A stretch of 54,370 nt of DNA from Planctomycetota bacterium. GTDB lineage: Bacteria > Planctomycetota > Brocadiia > Brocadiales > Bathyanammoxibiaceae. Of this stretch, positions 1-10,243 are shown piece after piece. Below the pieces are notes generated by a model that saw nothing but the letters and a program-made list of their open reading frames with translations, was not told the origin of the DNA and made no database searches. The position numbers and the translations under genes are program-made. The stretch lies in NCBI GenBank assembly GCA_023261505.1, contig JAHFOV010000005.1, positions 6,322 to 60,691 on the forward strand. The letters are read 5' to 3'. Numbering within the stretch: position 1 is the first letter of the stretch; each line of letters opens with the position of its first letter.

Positions 1-377
1 CGGAAAGCATGGAGGTAATGACGCAACACCTCAAAGGGGTTGCCTTCCATTTCCTTTATTCCGGTATCATCAGCCACCGTAACATTGCGGCCTTTACTTT
101 TAAGTACAAGAAAGGGCTGACATCCCAAAAAGGAGTATCTGGATAGACCAGGGAGTCTAAGGGCGCTGTCCAGGAAGAAGAGGGGTTGGTTGCTACCATG
201 CACGCTTAAGAGACGCTGAAAGGCCGTCACGGCATCGCAGTGATGGCGTATTTCTGTAACAATTAGTTCCCTGCTAAGTGCTGTAGGGGCAGGTTTTAAA
301 CCTGCCCCTACTCGGATTGCCTCAGGCAGTGTAGAGCAAAATGGCACTTCAATATGTCCTGATAAGAGAGATGTCAT
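1..377 (-). CDS. pabB: Aminodeoxychorismate/anthranilate synthase component I (PabB/TrpE family), 5' part, runs off the window
   Basis: Not in the ORF track. Manual translation from ATG 377 is open to the edge: MTSLLSG...LFFLDSALRLPGLSRYSFLGCQPF...GNPFEVLR, the FFLDS...RYSF N-terminal motif. Contains REP-derived VGAGLKPAPT. TrpE not excluded. Confidence 0.6.
   Translation of the reverse strand, partial: MTSLLSGHIEVPFCSTLPEAIRVGAGLKPAPTALSRELIVTEIRHHCDAVTAFQRLLSVHGSNQPLFFLDSALRLPGLSRYSFLGCQPFLVLKSKGRNVTVADDTGIKEMEGNPFEVLRHYLHAF
283..311. repeat. GTAG-type REP palindrome, family A (GTAGGGGCAGGT....ACCTGCCCCTAC), in frame in pabB
   Basis: Near-identical copies at 41456-41484, 47353-47381 and 47480-47507. 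Confidence 0.85.
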
Positions 378-519
378 GCTTTGGAAAGCCTCTCTAGTTG
401 AGCTTCTCCTTATAGAAAGCTTTAAGGAGCTAATTTTACTGGTTAGCCTATTTCACTGTCAAGAAACGGCTTGTGTATTCTAATACAACATCTGTTTTGA
501 AATTTGTAAACTGCTTCTA

Positions 520-2607
520 CTAAATTCCACACCTATTACCAATTATTTCCACAACATCCAGCACCTTTACAGTGCCAATATTTTTTGCTTTTAATCCATT
601 GGTGAGCATTGTTAGACAGAAGGGGCATGCGGTCGCGATGATATTAGCCCCCGTACCAAGGGCTTGCTCTGTGCGCATTTCGTTAATATTTCGCCCCAAC
701 CTGAGTTCCATCCACATGTGCCCTCCCCCACCCCCACAGCAGAAACCTTTGTTTCTGCTACTTTCCATCTCTTTAAACCCCAATCCGAGCCTTTTCAATA
801 TGTTTCTCGGGGGTTCATAAATGTCGTTGTGCCTGCCTAGATAACAGGGGTCGTGGTATGTAATCATTTCTTCCCTAGTCCCCCTCTTTCCCCCTTTATT
901 AAAGGGGGATTTAGGGGGATTATCCATTAGGAATGGCATGCGAGACAGAAGTCGCTCTATGTACTGTGTATGGTGCCACACCTTGAAATGTCCCCCAAAC
1001 TGGGGATACTCATTCTTTAGTGTGTTAAAGCAGTGAGGGCAACAGGTAACGATTTCTTTGATGTTGTATCTTTTCAGAAGTTCTATGTTCTCTCTGGCCA
1101 GGCGCTGGAACTCAAACTCATTACCAACCCTCCTCAGCGGGTCGCCATTACATCGTTCTTCCCTTCCCAGGATGGTAAAATCCACTCCTGCCTTCTGCAA
1201 AATTTTTGCAAAGGCCCTGACCGCCTTCCGGTTACGCTCATCAAAGGCCCCTGCACAGCCCACCCAAAATAGTAGGGGCATGGCGCGCCGTGCCCCTACG
1301 GGTTCCTGATGCAAGACCTTGATGCCCAGTCCTTCTGCCCAAGCCTCCCTTTTCTCCTGACTAAAGCCGTAAGGATTTTTGGTTGTTTCTATGTTCTTCA
1401 TGGTCCTGATAATTTCTGAGGGATACTTACCCAGCATCAGACCATGTCCACGTCTAAGGTCAATAATTTTCTGCAGATGTTCTATTCCTGCGGGGCAGGC
1501 CTCCTGGCAGGTCAGGCAGGCGGTGCAGGACCATGCTTCCATCGGGTCAATTTTGCCATCCATCAAGGGCGTGGGGACATCCTTTTCCATTTGTTCTTTA
1601 ACATCCAGGATAATCTTCTGTGGTCTGAGAGGTTTTCCGCTCAATGTGGCTGGACAGTAGGCATCACACCTGCCGCACCTCATGCAGGCATCCACATCAA
1701 GTAGTTGCTTCCAGGTAAAGTCTTTTGGAGTAATCGCTCCAAAGACATTTTTCTCAGCGGCCTGCCCTGAACCACTACGGTTCAGGGCCTGCTCAAAATC
1801 TATAGGGCTAAGTGCTCCCCTGGGAGTGGCGTGGGGCAAAAATAGGTTCAAAGGGACGGTAATGAGGTGTAAGAGGTTGGAGTAAGGTATATAGGCTATG
1901 AAGAACATAGCCATGCAAAGGTGAAACCACCACAGATTTCTGTGCAGGCTTTTAAGTGACGATTCTCTTAGCAGGGCCTTTAGTAACCCAGCAATTTGAT
2001 ACCCTACCGGCGAACAGGTCTCCCAGGGAGGGTTCAAAACGGCAATCCTGGACCCCTCTATAAGGAAGCCGGTTACAAGTATGAGAAATAATAGGCCCAG
2101 GATTACGGCATCCTCGGGCCTGTTTTTAAAATGCTTATGTTCTGTTAGGTATCGTCTGTAAGAGGCCAATACTATCCCGAGTAGCATCAGGGCGCCAAAG
2201 AGGTCAAGGGTAAAGGAATAATAGAGGTAAAATCTACCGTAAAGGATAGGCCAGTGGAGATGTAGTTGAATGGCTATCAGACAAGTGCCAATAAAGAGGA
2301 CAAAGAATCCAAAAAATATGAGTCCGTGAATAACCCCGGGCCATTTTTCTTTGAGTATTTCCCTGTGGCTGAAGATAAGCCAGAGGGTCTGTAGGGGCAG
2401 GGCTTGCCCCTGCCCAGGTCTTGTCCCAGCCCCATCGTCTTGGGCAACCGTCTGCCTGAGGCGGATTGCCCCTACAGGCCTCCCCTTTGACCAGAAAAGG
2501 TATCTACGATAAATACCGTAAAGAAAGAACCCAAGGGAGAGGGCAAAGAGGACATACATCCATTGATGGTGGTCTATATTCCAGAATATCTCCCTGGTAG
2601 GGAACAT
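520..2607 (-). CDS. Membrane Fe-S oxidoreductase, FadF/HdrD-like (NarI-like TM region, 2x4Fe-4S, CCG domains)
   Basis: CMRCGRC..CP and CTACLTC..CP motifs; CCPHC, YHDPCYLGR, CCGGGGG, ACPFC; N-terminal TM helices; next to an acyl-CoA dehydrogenase. Confidence 0.88.
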   Translation of the reverse strand: MFPTREIFWNIDHHQWMYVLFALSLGFFLYGIYRRYLFWSKGRPVGAIRLRQTVAQDDGAGTRPGQGQALPLQTLWLIFSHREILKEKWPGVIHGLIFFGFFVLFIGTCLIAIQLHLHWPILYGRFYLYYSFTLDLFGALMLLGIVLASYRRYLTEHKHFKNRPEDAVILGLLFLILVTGFLIEGSRIAVLNPPWETCSPVGYQIAGLLKALLRESSLKSLHRNLWWFHLCMAMFFIAYIPYSNLLHLITVPLNLFLPHATPRGALSPIDFEQALNRSGSGQAAEKNVFGAITPKDFTWKQLLDVDACMRCGRCDAYCPATLSGKPLRPQKIILDVKEQMEKDVPTPLMDGKIDPMEAWSCTACLTCQEACPAGIEHLQKIIDLRRGHGLMLGKYPSEIIRTMKNIETTKNPYGFSQEKREAWAEGLGIKVLHQEPVGARRAMPLLFWVGCAGAFDERNRKAVRAFAKILQKAGVDFTILGREERCNGDPLRRVGNEFEFQRLARENIELLKRYNIKEIVTCCPHCFNTLKNEYPQFGGHFKVWHHTQYIERLLSRMPFLMDNPPKSPFNKGGKRGTREEMITYHDPCYLGRHNDIYEPPRNILKRLGLGFKEMESSRNKGFCCGGGGGHMWMELRLGRNINEMRTEQALGTGANIIATACPFCLTMLTNGLKAKNIGTVKVLDVVEIIGNRCGI
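879..919. repeat. CCCCCTTT..TAAAGGGGG-type palindrome, in frame in the Fe-S oxidoreductase
   Basis: Inverted repeat TCCCCCT...CCCCCTTTATTAAAGGGGG...AGGGGGA; encodes NPPKSPFNKGGKRG. Confidence 0.7.
1272..1299. repeat. GTAG-type REP, in frame in the Fe-S oxidoreductase
   Basis: GTAGGGGCATGGCGCGCCGTGCCCCTAC; encodes VGARRAMPL. Confidence 0.8.
2390..2476. repeat. REP doublet with a nested 15-bp hairpin, in frame in the Fe-S oxidoreductase
   Basis: TGTAGGGGCA...TGCCCCTACA ends; TCTGCCTGAGGCGGA at 2451-2465. Confidence 0.8.
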
Positions 2608-2650
2608 TAAAGCTTAAATGTTTAAGGGTTCAAAAGTTTAAGGTTAGTGG

Positions 2651-3808
2651 TCAGGCGAAGGCCTTCAGCCCCAGTATCTCCCGGGCTATAATAAGTTTCT
2701 GTATCTCAGAAGTTCCTTCGTATATAGTAGCTACCCTTGCATCACGATAGTGGCGTTCTATGGGGAATTCGTTAGAGTAACCGTATGCCCCGTGTATTTG
2801 AAGGGCTATGTAGGTAACCTTCTGTGCTGCCTCTGAAGCAAAATACTTGGCTATAGAGGTCACAAAGGTGCTCTTTTCTCCTTTGTTCTTCACATGGGCG
2901 GCCTTATATACCAGAAGCCTTGCGGCCTCCGTCTCCACAACCATCCTGGCAATCATATCCTGTACGAGCTGGAAGGAACCGATGGGTTTATCAAATTGTA
3001 CCCTAGCTCTGGCATAAGACACACTTGCGTCAATGCAGGCCTGACAGGTGCCCACACAACCTGCGGCTACGCTGAACCTGCCATTATCCAGCGCACTCAT
3101 TGCAAGCTTGAAGCCGTTCCCAACGCCTCCCAACATGGCCTCTTCGGGTATGGCGCAGTCCTGAAAAATCATCTCCGCTGTATTAGAGGCCCTGAGACCC
3201 AGCTTATTTTCTATATCACGTGTCTGGTAGCCCTGCACCTTATCACGCTCCACTATAAAGGCAGTAAGCCCTTCGTGTTTTTTTGTCTTATCCGTGCGGG
3301 CAATTACAATGGCAATATCTGCCACGCCTGCATTAGAAATCCAGGTCTTGGTGCCATTAAGAATCCACTTGCCCCCCTTTAGTACAGCAGAGGTACTCAC
3401 ATTGGCCGCATCGCTACCTGCATTGGGTTCCGTAAGGCCAAAGCATCCGATAATTTCACCACTGCAGAGGCGAGGGAGATATTTTCTCTTTTGCTCCTCT
3501 GTGCCCCAGTTAAAGATTAAGAGTTCCACCAGCGAGACCTGCACAGAAAGAGTAGTTCTCACTGAGGAGCACCCTCTGCCTACCTCTTCTGTAATGATGG
3601 CGTGGCTAATAAAATCCAGCCCAGCGCCACCATACTCCTCAGGGATAACAGCCCCCAATAGACCCAGAGGGGCCATCTTCTTGAGAATCTCCCTGGGGAA
3701 GTGACACTTCATGTCATTCTCCCTGGCCACAGGGATAATCTCCTCGTCCACGAACTTCTTTACCATCTCTTTTACAAGCCTCTGTTCCTGGGTCAGCTCA
3801 AAGTCCAT
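2651..3808 (-). CDS. Acyl-CoA dehydrogenase
   Basis: GCFGLTEPNAGSD, LNGTKTWISN, QIHGAYGYSNE, IYEGTSEIQ motifs. Confidence 0.95.
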   Translation of the reverse strand: MDFELTQEQRLVKEMVKKFVDEEIIPVARENDMKCHFPREILKKMAPLGLLGAVIPEEYGGAGLDFISHAIITEEVGRGCSSVRTTLSVQVSLVELLIFNWGTEEQKRKYLPRLCSGEIIGCFGLTEPNAGSDAANVSTSAVLKGGKWILNGTKTWISNAGVADIAIVIARTDKTKKHEGLTAFIVERDKVQGYQTRDIENKLGLRASNTAEMIFQDCAIPEEAMLGGVGNGFKLAMSALDNGRFSVAAGCVGTCQACIDASVSYARARVQFDKPIGSFQLVQDMIARMVVETEAARLLVYKAAHVKNKGEKSTFVTSIAKYFASEAAQKVTYIALQIHGAYGYSNEFPIERHYRDARVATIYEGTSEIQKLIIAREILGLKAFA

Positions 3809-4101
3809 GAGCGCCTCCTCTATAAAGAGTTCAGGGGTTAGGGGGTAGGGGCTAGGGTCTATAGCACCGAGGTTAGCTTATTTACTAACCGCTAATCCCT
3901 AGGGGTGTTATTGCCAATGTACCACGATAGGGAAAAAAGTAAATAGCACCATTCCAAGTTTCAACAGAATTGACAAAGGGAACTTAACACCTTTACAAAG
4001 GTCTCCCTACATATTCTACACTGATGGGGTCTTTGCTCTTGACTTTTAGATGGATTCCTTTAACATAGAATAACATGTTGAGGGGTTGTTAGAGAAAAGA
4101 A

Positions 4102-4485
4102 ATGGATGCAAAAGAAATAGCAGCATTTAAGAAAGCTCTCCTAAGCTTGCGGGAGAGGCTGATGGGTAATGTAAACTCTCTTCACGGAGAAGCCCTGGGC
4201 AAGAACCGCCAGGATGCAGCAGGGGACCTTTCTAACGTTCCTTTCCACATGGCAGACCTGGGTACTGACAATTATGAGAGGGACATTACGATTCACCTTA
4301 TGGAGAACGAATCAGAGGCTGTAAGGAGCATAGATCAAGCCCTGGCAAAAATAGAACAAGGCACATTTGGTGTTTGTGAAGGATGTACAAAAAAGATTCC
4401 TAAGACTCGTCTTGTCGCTATACCCCATGCCGGATTATGCCTGGAGTGCCAGAAGAAGGAGGAATCAGAGGCTGGCGCTAGCTAA
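4102..4485 (+). CDS. TraR/DksA C4 zinc-finger protein
   Basis: HMADLGTD coiled-coil tip; FGVCEGC...IPKTRL.AIP.A.LCLEC. Confidence 0.88.
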   Translation: MDAKEIAAFKKALLSLRERLMGNVNSLHGEALGKNRQDAAGDLSNVPFHMADLGTDNYERDITIHLMENESEAVRSIDQALAKIEQGTFGVCEGCTKKIPKTRLVAIPHAGLCLECQKKEESEAGAS

Positions 4486-4982
4486 TGTATGGACCTTACG
4501 GTCGTCTTTCCCTCATTGTTATATCAGGCATACTCCTGGACCAATTATCTAAGTGGGCTGCCTTTAAATACCTCGCTGTTTCTCAAGTATTGGAACTCAC
4601 CAGTTTTTTCTCCCTGGTTCTAAGTCGTAACAAGGGCGGTGTTTTTGGCCTAATTCAGGGGGCTAATTATCTTTTCATACTGTTTTCTATACTTGCCCTA
4701 TTATTGCTAGTGTGGGTTTATGAACATTCTGAAAAGGGGCGGCTTAGCACGGACCTGGCTTTGGGGTGCATCTTCGCCGGAGCTGTAGGAAATCTCGTGG
4801 ACAGGGTAGTATATGATTATGTAAGAGATTTCATAGACTTACATGCAGGGCTTAGGCACTGGCCCACCTTCAATCTGGCGGATGTGCTTATCTGCGTGGG
4901 GGTAGGGCTTATAGCCTGGAACAGCCTGGTAGCAGGTCACAAAGAAATTAAAAATTCCAGATTACAGATTACAAGTTTCTAA
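4485..4982 (+). CDS. lspA: Lipoprotein signal peptidase II
   Basis: DQLSK, N.GGVFG, GAVGNLVDR, VRDFID, WPTFNLAD motifs. Confidence 0.95.
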   Translation: MYGPYGRLSLIVISGILLDQLSKWAAFKYLAVSQVLELTSFFSLVLSRNKGGVFGLIQGANYLFILFSILALLLLVWVYEHSEKGRLSTDLALGCIFAGAVGNLVDRVVYDYVRDFIDLHAGLRHWPTFNLADVLICVGVGLIAWNSLVAGHKEIKNSRLQITSF

Positions 4983-5012
4983 TTTGTAATTTGCAATTTG
5001 CAATTTGTAATC
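4950..5012. repeat. 7-nt-period inverted tandem array (ATTACAR/TTTGYAA)
   Basis: CAGATTA CAGATTA CAAG ... AATTTGT AATTTGC AATTTGC AATTTGT, between convergent lspA and ilvE. Confidence 0.8.
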
Positions 5013-5014
5013 CT

Positions 5015-5905
5015 TTATACAGTCGGAGTAGTAACCTCTGCGGTTTCCGGGCTTCTGGTAAGTTCCCTGTAGCTCTTCAGGAGGAATTGGGTTACCTTAC
5101 CAGGTTTTCCATTGCCGATAACCCGTCCGTCTATCTTCACAACAGGGACTATCTCTGCAGCCGTCCCCGTCAGGAAACACTCTTCAGCGGTATAGAGTTC
5201 ATATCTGGTAAAAAGTTCCTCCATAACGTGGATGCCACTCCTTTTTGCCAGTTCTATCACAGTATCCCTGGTGATTCCTTTGAGTATACCAGCATTAACG
5301 GGAGGAGTCATAATCTCGCCATGTTTGACAACAAAGATGTTTTCTCCAGTACACTCTGCTACGTAGCCCTCAGCATTGAGCATAACAGCCTCAGAGGCTC
5401 CGGCAATAAGGCTCTCTATCTTGGCCAGAATGTTATTCATGTAGTTGAGGCATTTTATCCTTGGATTGAGGGCCTCAAAGTGATTGCGGATGGTTCTGAC
5501 GGTAACTGCGTCAATACCTACCTCATACAATCTAGGTGGATACAGTTCAATAAAATCAGTAATAATTATTATAGAAGGTTTCTTGCACTTGGTATGCTCC
5601 AGCCCCAGTTTACCCACACCCCTGGTAACCACTAACCTGATATAAGAGTCTTTCAGATTGTTTACCCTCAGAGTATTGTAAAGAGCCTCCATCATCTCTT
5701 CTTTACTGATAGGAATTTGTAGAGCGATAGCCTTGGCGGATTCATAAAGGCGGTCTATGTGTTCCTGAAGTTTGAAGACTTTACCACCATAAGAGCGTAT
5801 ACCTTCGAAGACTCCATCCCCGTAAAGCAGGCCGTGGTCAAAGACAGAAATCTTTGCCTCCTCCTGAGGGAACAATTCGCCATCAATATAAACTTTAAGA
5901 GACAT
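5015..5905 (-). CDS. ilvE: Branched-chain amino acid aminotransferase
   Basis: [35 protein letters not shown]. Confidence 0.93.
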   Translation of the reverse strand: MSLKVYIDGELFPQEEAKISVFDHGLLYGDGVFEGIRSYGGKVFKLQEHIDRLYESAKAIALQIPISKEEMMEALYNTLRVNNLKDSYIRLVVTRGVGKLGLEHTKCKKPSIIIITDFIELYPPRLYEVGIDAVTVRTIRNHFEALNPRIKCLNYMNNILAKIESLIAGASEAVMLNAEGYVAECTGENIFVVKHGEIMTPPVNAGILKGITRDTVIELAKRSGIHVMEELFTRYELYTAEECFLTGTAAEIVPVVKIDGRVIGNGKPGKVTQFLLKSYRELTRSPETAEVTTPTV

Positions 5906-5988
5906 TTACTCTCCTTTCTCGGGGTTTTTGGGTTCAGGGTTAGAAAGTTGTCCGTTGTGGGTCTTACTATGGGATACCACGATTCCTC

Positions 5989-6690
5989 CTATTCTACTAT
6001 CCTACCATCCATCATCCTTACCGTTTTGGTGCCCATTTTTGCAAAACGTTCGTCATGTGTAATAACGACGAAGGTCTGCTTGTTCGTCTCATTAAGTAGC
6101 AAGATTAGTTCCCATATGTCTTGTGCATTCTTTGTGTCCAGGTTTCCTGTCGGCTCATCGCAGAAGAGAACCTCGGGGTCGTTCATCAAGGCTCGTGCGA
6201 AGGCTACCCTTTGTCTCTCGCCTCCAGAGAGCTGATCGGGGCGGTGGTTAGCGCGGTCTGCAAGCCCTACGCGCCTCAATAGCTCCATGGCCTTTTCCCG
6301 CCCTTCCCTCCTTAACATAGCCCACCCAGCACCAGAACTGATAAGTCTTGGCAGCATTACATTCTCCAAAGCAATAAAATCTGGCAGCAGATGATAGAAC
6401 TGAAATACGAAACCAAAGTATTTATTCCTGATCTCCGCCTGCTTGCCATGGCTGAGCAGGCTTAAATCTTCTCCTTCATAGAATATCTTCCCTGAAGTGG
6501 GTGTATCCAGCAGACCCATGATGTGAAGTAGGGTACTCTTGCCTGCCCCAGAAGGACCGACAATAATAAGCCTCTCTCCTTTTTCCACAGATAAGGTAAT
6601 GCCATTTAGAACCCTTAACGTACTACGGCCAACTTTATATTCTTTAAAGACGTCCTTTGCAGAAATAAGGACATGGTTATTTTTGCCCAT
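5989..6690 (-). CDS. lolD: ABC ATPase, LolD-like
   Basis: GPSGAGKST, FVFQFYHLL, LSGGERQRVA, DEPTGNLD; lies downstream of lysS. Confidence 0.75.
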   Translation of the reverse strand: MGKNNHVLISAKDVFKEYKVGRSTLRVLNGITLSVEKGERLIIVGPSGAGKSTLLHIMGLLDTPTSGKIFYEGEDLSLLSHGKQAEIRNKYFGFVFQFYHLLPDFIALENVMLPRLISSGAGWAMLRREGREKAMELLRRVGLADRANHRPDQLSGGERQRVAFARALMNDPEVLFCDEPTGNLDTKNAQDIWELILLLNETNKQTFVVITHDERFAKMGTKTVRMMDGRIVE

Positions 6691-8145
6691 CTAAGGAGTT
6701 GTATCCCCATCTGAAGGTCTTGATACTGGTCGGAGGAGGGGAAATAGTATTACTTCTCGAATAGATGTGCAATTAGTCAGTATCATTATAAGCCTGTCAA
6801 TTCCAATGCCTAGTCCCCCCGCGGGGGGCATTCCGTACTTGAGCGCCAGCAAAAAGTCTTCATCCACCTTGCCGGCGGTCATTTCGGTGCCAGCCTGTTC
6901 CATGAACCTCTGCCGTTGTTCCAGAGGGGCGTTGAGTTCGGTGTAGGAATTTGCCAGTTCCATGCCTGCAATGTACAGCTCAAAACGCTGGGCCAATTCT
7001 GGCTTGCCTTCGCACAGCCTGGTCAAGGGGCAGAGTGAAGCAGGGTAGTCCAGGACAAAAGTAGGCTCCCAAAGGTTAGTCTCCACTAATTCTTCAAAGA
7101 TTTCATTAGCAATTTTGTCCCGGTTGCCCCCATGTGTGCTTAGCCCAAGCTCCTCAGCCTTCTTCATAAGACTTTTAAGATCGTAAAAATCTACTTCTGC
7201 ATAGTTTTTGAGGAGTTCAACAAAGGTAATCCTCCTCCAAGGAGGTGTCATATCAACAGTCCTCTCTCCATAGGGAATCCGGTAAGCACCATGGAGTTCC
7301 ATAACCAGGGAGGTAATCATACTCTCTGTTAATTCCATCATGTCATTGTAATCGGCATAGGCCTGGTAGGCTTCAAGCATAGTAAACTCTGGGTTATGAC
7401 GGGTGGAAATGCCCTCATTGCGAAAGTTGCGATTTATCTCGTAGACCCTCTCCATTCCTCCCACCAGGAGCCTCTTAAGATAGAGTTCTGGGGCTATGCG
7501 GAGATAAAGGTCTATGTCAAGGGTGTTATGGTGGGTGATGAAGGGTCTTGCCACTGCTCCACCTGGGATAGGCTGCATCATAGGGGTCTCCACTTCTACG
7601 TAACCCCTTTCGTCAAAAAACCTTCTGGTGCCCCTGATAATTTTTACCCTGTTCAGAGAGGTCTTCATTGTCTCAGGGTTAGAGATAAGGTCAAGGTATC
7701 GCTGTCGGTGTCGCAGTTCAACATCCTTCAGGCCGTGCCATTTTTCTGGTGGAGGCAAGAGCGCCTTGGAGAGGAGAGTAAAATTCTCCACTAGGATAGT
7801 TATTTCGCCTGTTCTAGTTTTGAAGACAGTTCCTTCGGCGCCAATGATGTCTCCAATGTCAAGGAGTTTGAATAGCTCAAATTTACCTTCGCCAATTAGG
7901 TCTTTTTTTATATATAGTTGAATCTTACCAGTCCAATCCTTTATATCCAGAAAGGAGGCCTTACCGTGGGGCCTGAGGGTAGCTATTCTACCCGCGGCCC
8001 GTACATGCTTGCCCTCCTCGTTATTGTAATTTTCTACGATGGATTTCAGGCTTTCCTGCCCATTGAACCTCTTACCATAAGGCTCTACCCCCATGGCTTT
8101 GAGCTTTTCTAACTTCTCTAGACGATCTTGTTCAAACTTCTCCAT
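6691..8145 (-). CDS. lysS: Lysine--tRNA ligase (class II)
   Basis: RQRYLDL, LRIAPELYLKRL, FRNEG..RHNPEF, YGMPPAGGLGIGIDRL. ATG 8145 preferred over the ORF start at 8166. Confidence 0.97.
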   Translation of the reverse strand: MEKFEQDRLEKLEKLKAMGVEPYGKRFNGQESLKSIVENYNNEEGKHVRAAGRIATLRPHGKASFLDIKDWTGKIQLYIKKDLIGEGKFELFKLLDIGDIIGAEGTVFKTRTGEITILVENFTLLSKALLPPPEKWHGLKDVELRHRQRYLDLISNPETMKTSLNRVKIIRGTRRFFDERGYVEVETPMMQPIPGGAVARPFITHHNTLDIDLYLRIAPELYLKRLLVGGMERVYEINRNFRNEGISTRHNPEFTMLEAYQAYADYNDMMELTESMITSLVMELHGAYRIPYGERTVDMTPPWRRITFVELLKNYAEVDFYDLKSLMKKAEELGLSTHGGNRDKIANEIFEELVETNLWEPTFVLDYPASLCPLTRLCEGKPELAQRFELYIAGMELANSYTELNAPLEQRQRFMEQAGTEMTAGKVDEDFLLALKYGMPPAGGLGIGIDRLIMILTNCTSIREVILFPLLRPVSRPSDGDTTP

Positions 8146-8487
8146 TTTCACTTTTCCCAATAACACTTCCTCGCCATTCTATCAAGAAAAGTAGGACTGT
8201 CAAGATTGTTAGCCTGAACTTTGAACAAGAGTTACGACATTAAGTAACTTTTAAATGGCCGGTGGCGATACATCCTTCTTAGATATGCCTTTCTTAAGAT
8301 TATTTTAAGATGTATAATAATTATTTTGTCTGCTTCTACCTCTATGGGCCTGCTTATTTTTTCGAGTTTTACAGCCTATCCTGCATTACTGCAATCTACC
8401 CAGCTACTGCCTTTCAAGACCTTCTTTTTAAGTTTTTTCTTGTAACTGGGTATAATATAGAAAGTAAAATATGAAAAAGGATTAAGC

Positions 8488-8844
8488 ATGCCTGAGAAAA
8501 GTTTTTCCAAGGAAGAGAGGTTGAGGAAGAGAAGGGAATTTGACAGGGTCTTCCAAGGAGGGAAGGTCTTTAAAGGGGCAATCTTCAATGCTTATGCACT
8601 CGGCAATTCTTTGGGACATCCCCGTATCGGAATAGTCGTGGGAAGGAAGTTTGGTGGTGCGGTACAGCGTAACCGCATCAAGCGCCTCCTCCGGGAAGCT
8701 TACAGGTTGAACAAAAACCTCATAGGGGCGGGCCTCGATATAGTGCTTCTCCCCAGGCCAGGCCATGAGGCCAATTTTAAGTTGTTAGAAAAAGAATTCA
8801 AGAATTTAATAGAGAGGATAAAGAGAAGAGACAGTAGACAGTAG
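8488..8844 (+). CDS. rnpA: RNase P protein component
   Basis: RLRKRREF, RIGIVVGRKFGGAVQRNRIKRLLREAYR (RNR motif). Confidence 0.93.
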   Translation: MPEKSFSKEERLRKRREFDRVFQGGKVFKGAIFNAYALGNSLGHPRIGIVVGRKFGGAVQRNRIKRLLREAYRLNKNLIGAGLDIVLLPRPGHEANFKLLEKEFKNLIERIKRRDSRQ

Positions 8845-8939
8845 ACAGCAAGCAGGGAAAAGGTTTTTTTTAACTGTCGGCTGCCTACTTCCTGCTGTGA
8901 TTTTTTTAACTGCCTACTGTCTACTTCCTACTGTCTACT
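8828..8939. repeat. 7-nt-period inverted tandem array (AGACAGT/ACTGTCT)
   Basis: About 3 AGACAGT units, then ACTGYCT-like units; the same family occurs at 9148-9234, 10165-10225 and 27733-27782. Confidence 0.8.
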
Positions 8940-9155
8940 ATGATTAAGGGACTCATAATCATCCTCATAAGGAGGATGTATCAGCGTTTCATAGGACCGC
9001 TGTTGCCCCCTTCTTGCCGCTACTCTCCAAGCTGCTCGGAATATATGGCAGAAGCAATCGAAAAAAAGGGGGTACTGATTGGCAGCATAAAGGGACTTTG
9101 GCGTATCTTGAGGTGCCATCCACTAGGGGGTTCAGGGCACGACCCTGTAGACTGA
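8940..9155 (+). CDS. yidD: Membrane protein insertion efficiency factor
   Basis: [10 protein letters not shown]...[16 protein letters not shown]; follows rnpA. Confidence 0.93.
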   Translation: MIKGLIIILIRRMYQRFIGPLLPPSCRYSPSCSEYMAEAIEKKGVLIGSIKGLWRILRCHPLGGSGHDPVD

Positions 9156-9236
9156 GTAGAAAGTAGACAGTAGCCAGGGACAAAGTAGAAAATTAATTTT
9201 TCCCTTTATACTGTCTACTGACTACTGTCTACTAAC

Positions 9237-9554
9237 TTACACTTGGTCAGGGGGTGCACTAGAAGGCAATTCTTTATAGAAGCCATTTTCTTTAAGCTTC
9301 TTGTAAATTTCCAGGCCCTTTTCTGAGGGTTTTACCTCGTAGAAGACGGAGCTGTACTCATAATTCTTTTGTCCTTCTATAAGGGAAGAACTAAGTAAGG
9401 CCTCCACATCGTAGAAAGGGCCCCCCAGCCTACCAAAATTACTATACTTCTGGGTAGCCAGGTAATACTCGCATATACTCCCCAGAGTTCTGGCGATGCG
9501 CCTTATAGTCTCAGAATCCTTTATAGCATTCAAAAATTCTTCGTAGGCCTTCAT
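9237..9554 (-). CDS. Hypothetical protein
   Basis: 105-aa ATG ORF filling the gap; no motif recognised. Confidence 0.55.
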   Translation of the reverse strand: MKAYEEFLNAIKDSETIRRIARTLGSICEYYLATQKYSNFGRLGGPFYDVEALLSSSLIEGQKNYEYSSVFYEVKPSEKGLEIYKKLKENGFYKELPSSAPPDQV

Positions 9555-9736
9555 TTTTGCCCAAAAACTTTTAATTTTTGATAAAAACTATACCCTTTTA
9601 CCTATAAATTCAATAAATTTCAATGGCAAAACAGTCGAAATCTATAGAATATGCGGAATCAGTCAGCAGGGGTAAACACTGTACTAATAAGAATGGCTCA
9701 TCGATAGACGTTTTATAAGTTAAGAGAAAATAACGA

Positions 9737-9765
9737 TTGACAATTTTTAGCACGCGGAGTAAAAT
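9737..9765 (+). promoter_or_regulatory. Sigma70-type promoter of the acpS-radical SAM-KS cluster
   Basis: TTGACA-N17-TAAAAT, about 35 bp upstream of acpS. Confidence 0.65.
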
Positions 9766-9800
9766 TTTTCAACAAATTACTAAGGAAGGTCTTTAGATAG

Positions 9801-10181
9801 GTGTACATAGGAATAGACTTAGTGGAAGTGAAAAGGATAGAAAACCTTTTCTCTCGTTATGAATCTTTTTTGGGACATATTTACACCACTAAAGAAGTAG
9901 AATATTGCCAGAACAAAAAGAACAAGTTCCAGCACTTTGCGGCTAGATTTGCGACAAAAGAGGCTGTTATTAAGGCTTTAGGAGGGGGGGCGGGTTGGAA
10001 GGACATAGAACTTCTTAACGATCCCACTGGTCGCCCTTATCTACAGCTCTATGGAAGGGCCAGGGAGCGCGCGGAGGCGAAGGGGATTGGTAACTACGAA
10101 GTTTCTGTAACGCATACTAAGGATTACGCTGTTGCTCAGGTGCTCCTCATACCCAGAACACTTTCAGTAGGCAGTAAGTAG
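9801..10181 (+). CDS. acpS: Holo-ACP synthase
   Basis: IGIDLVE, AARFATKEAVIKA, GRP, VSVTH motifs. Confidence 0.95.
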   Translation: MYIGIDLVEVKRIENLFSRYESFLGHIYTTKEVEYCQNKKNKFQHFAARFATKEAVIKALGGGAGWKDIELLNDPTGRPYLQLYGRARERAEAKGIGNYEVSVTHTKDYAVAQVLLIPRTLSVGSK

Positions 10182-10243
10182 TAAGCAGTAGGCACTGCCT
10201 ACTCCTTAGTCCCTAGTGCCTAGTAATTTTATTGGGAGATAAG

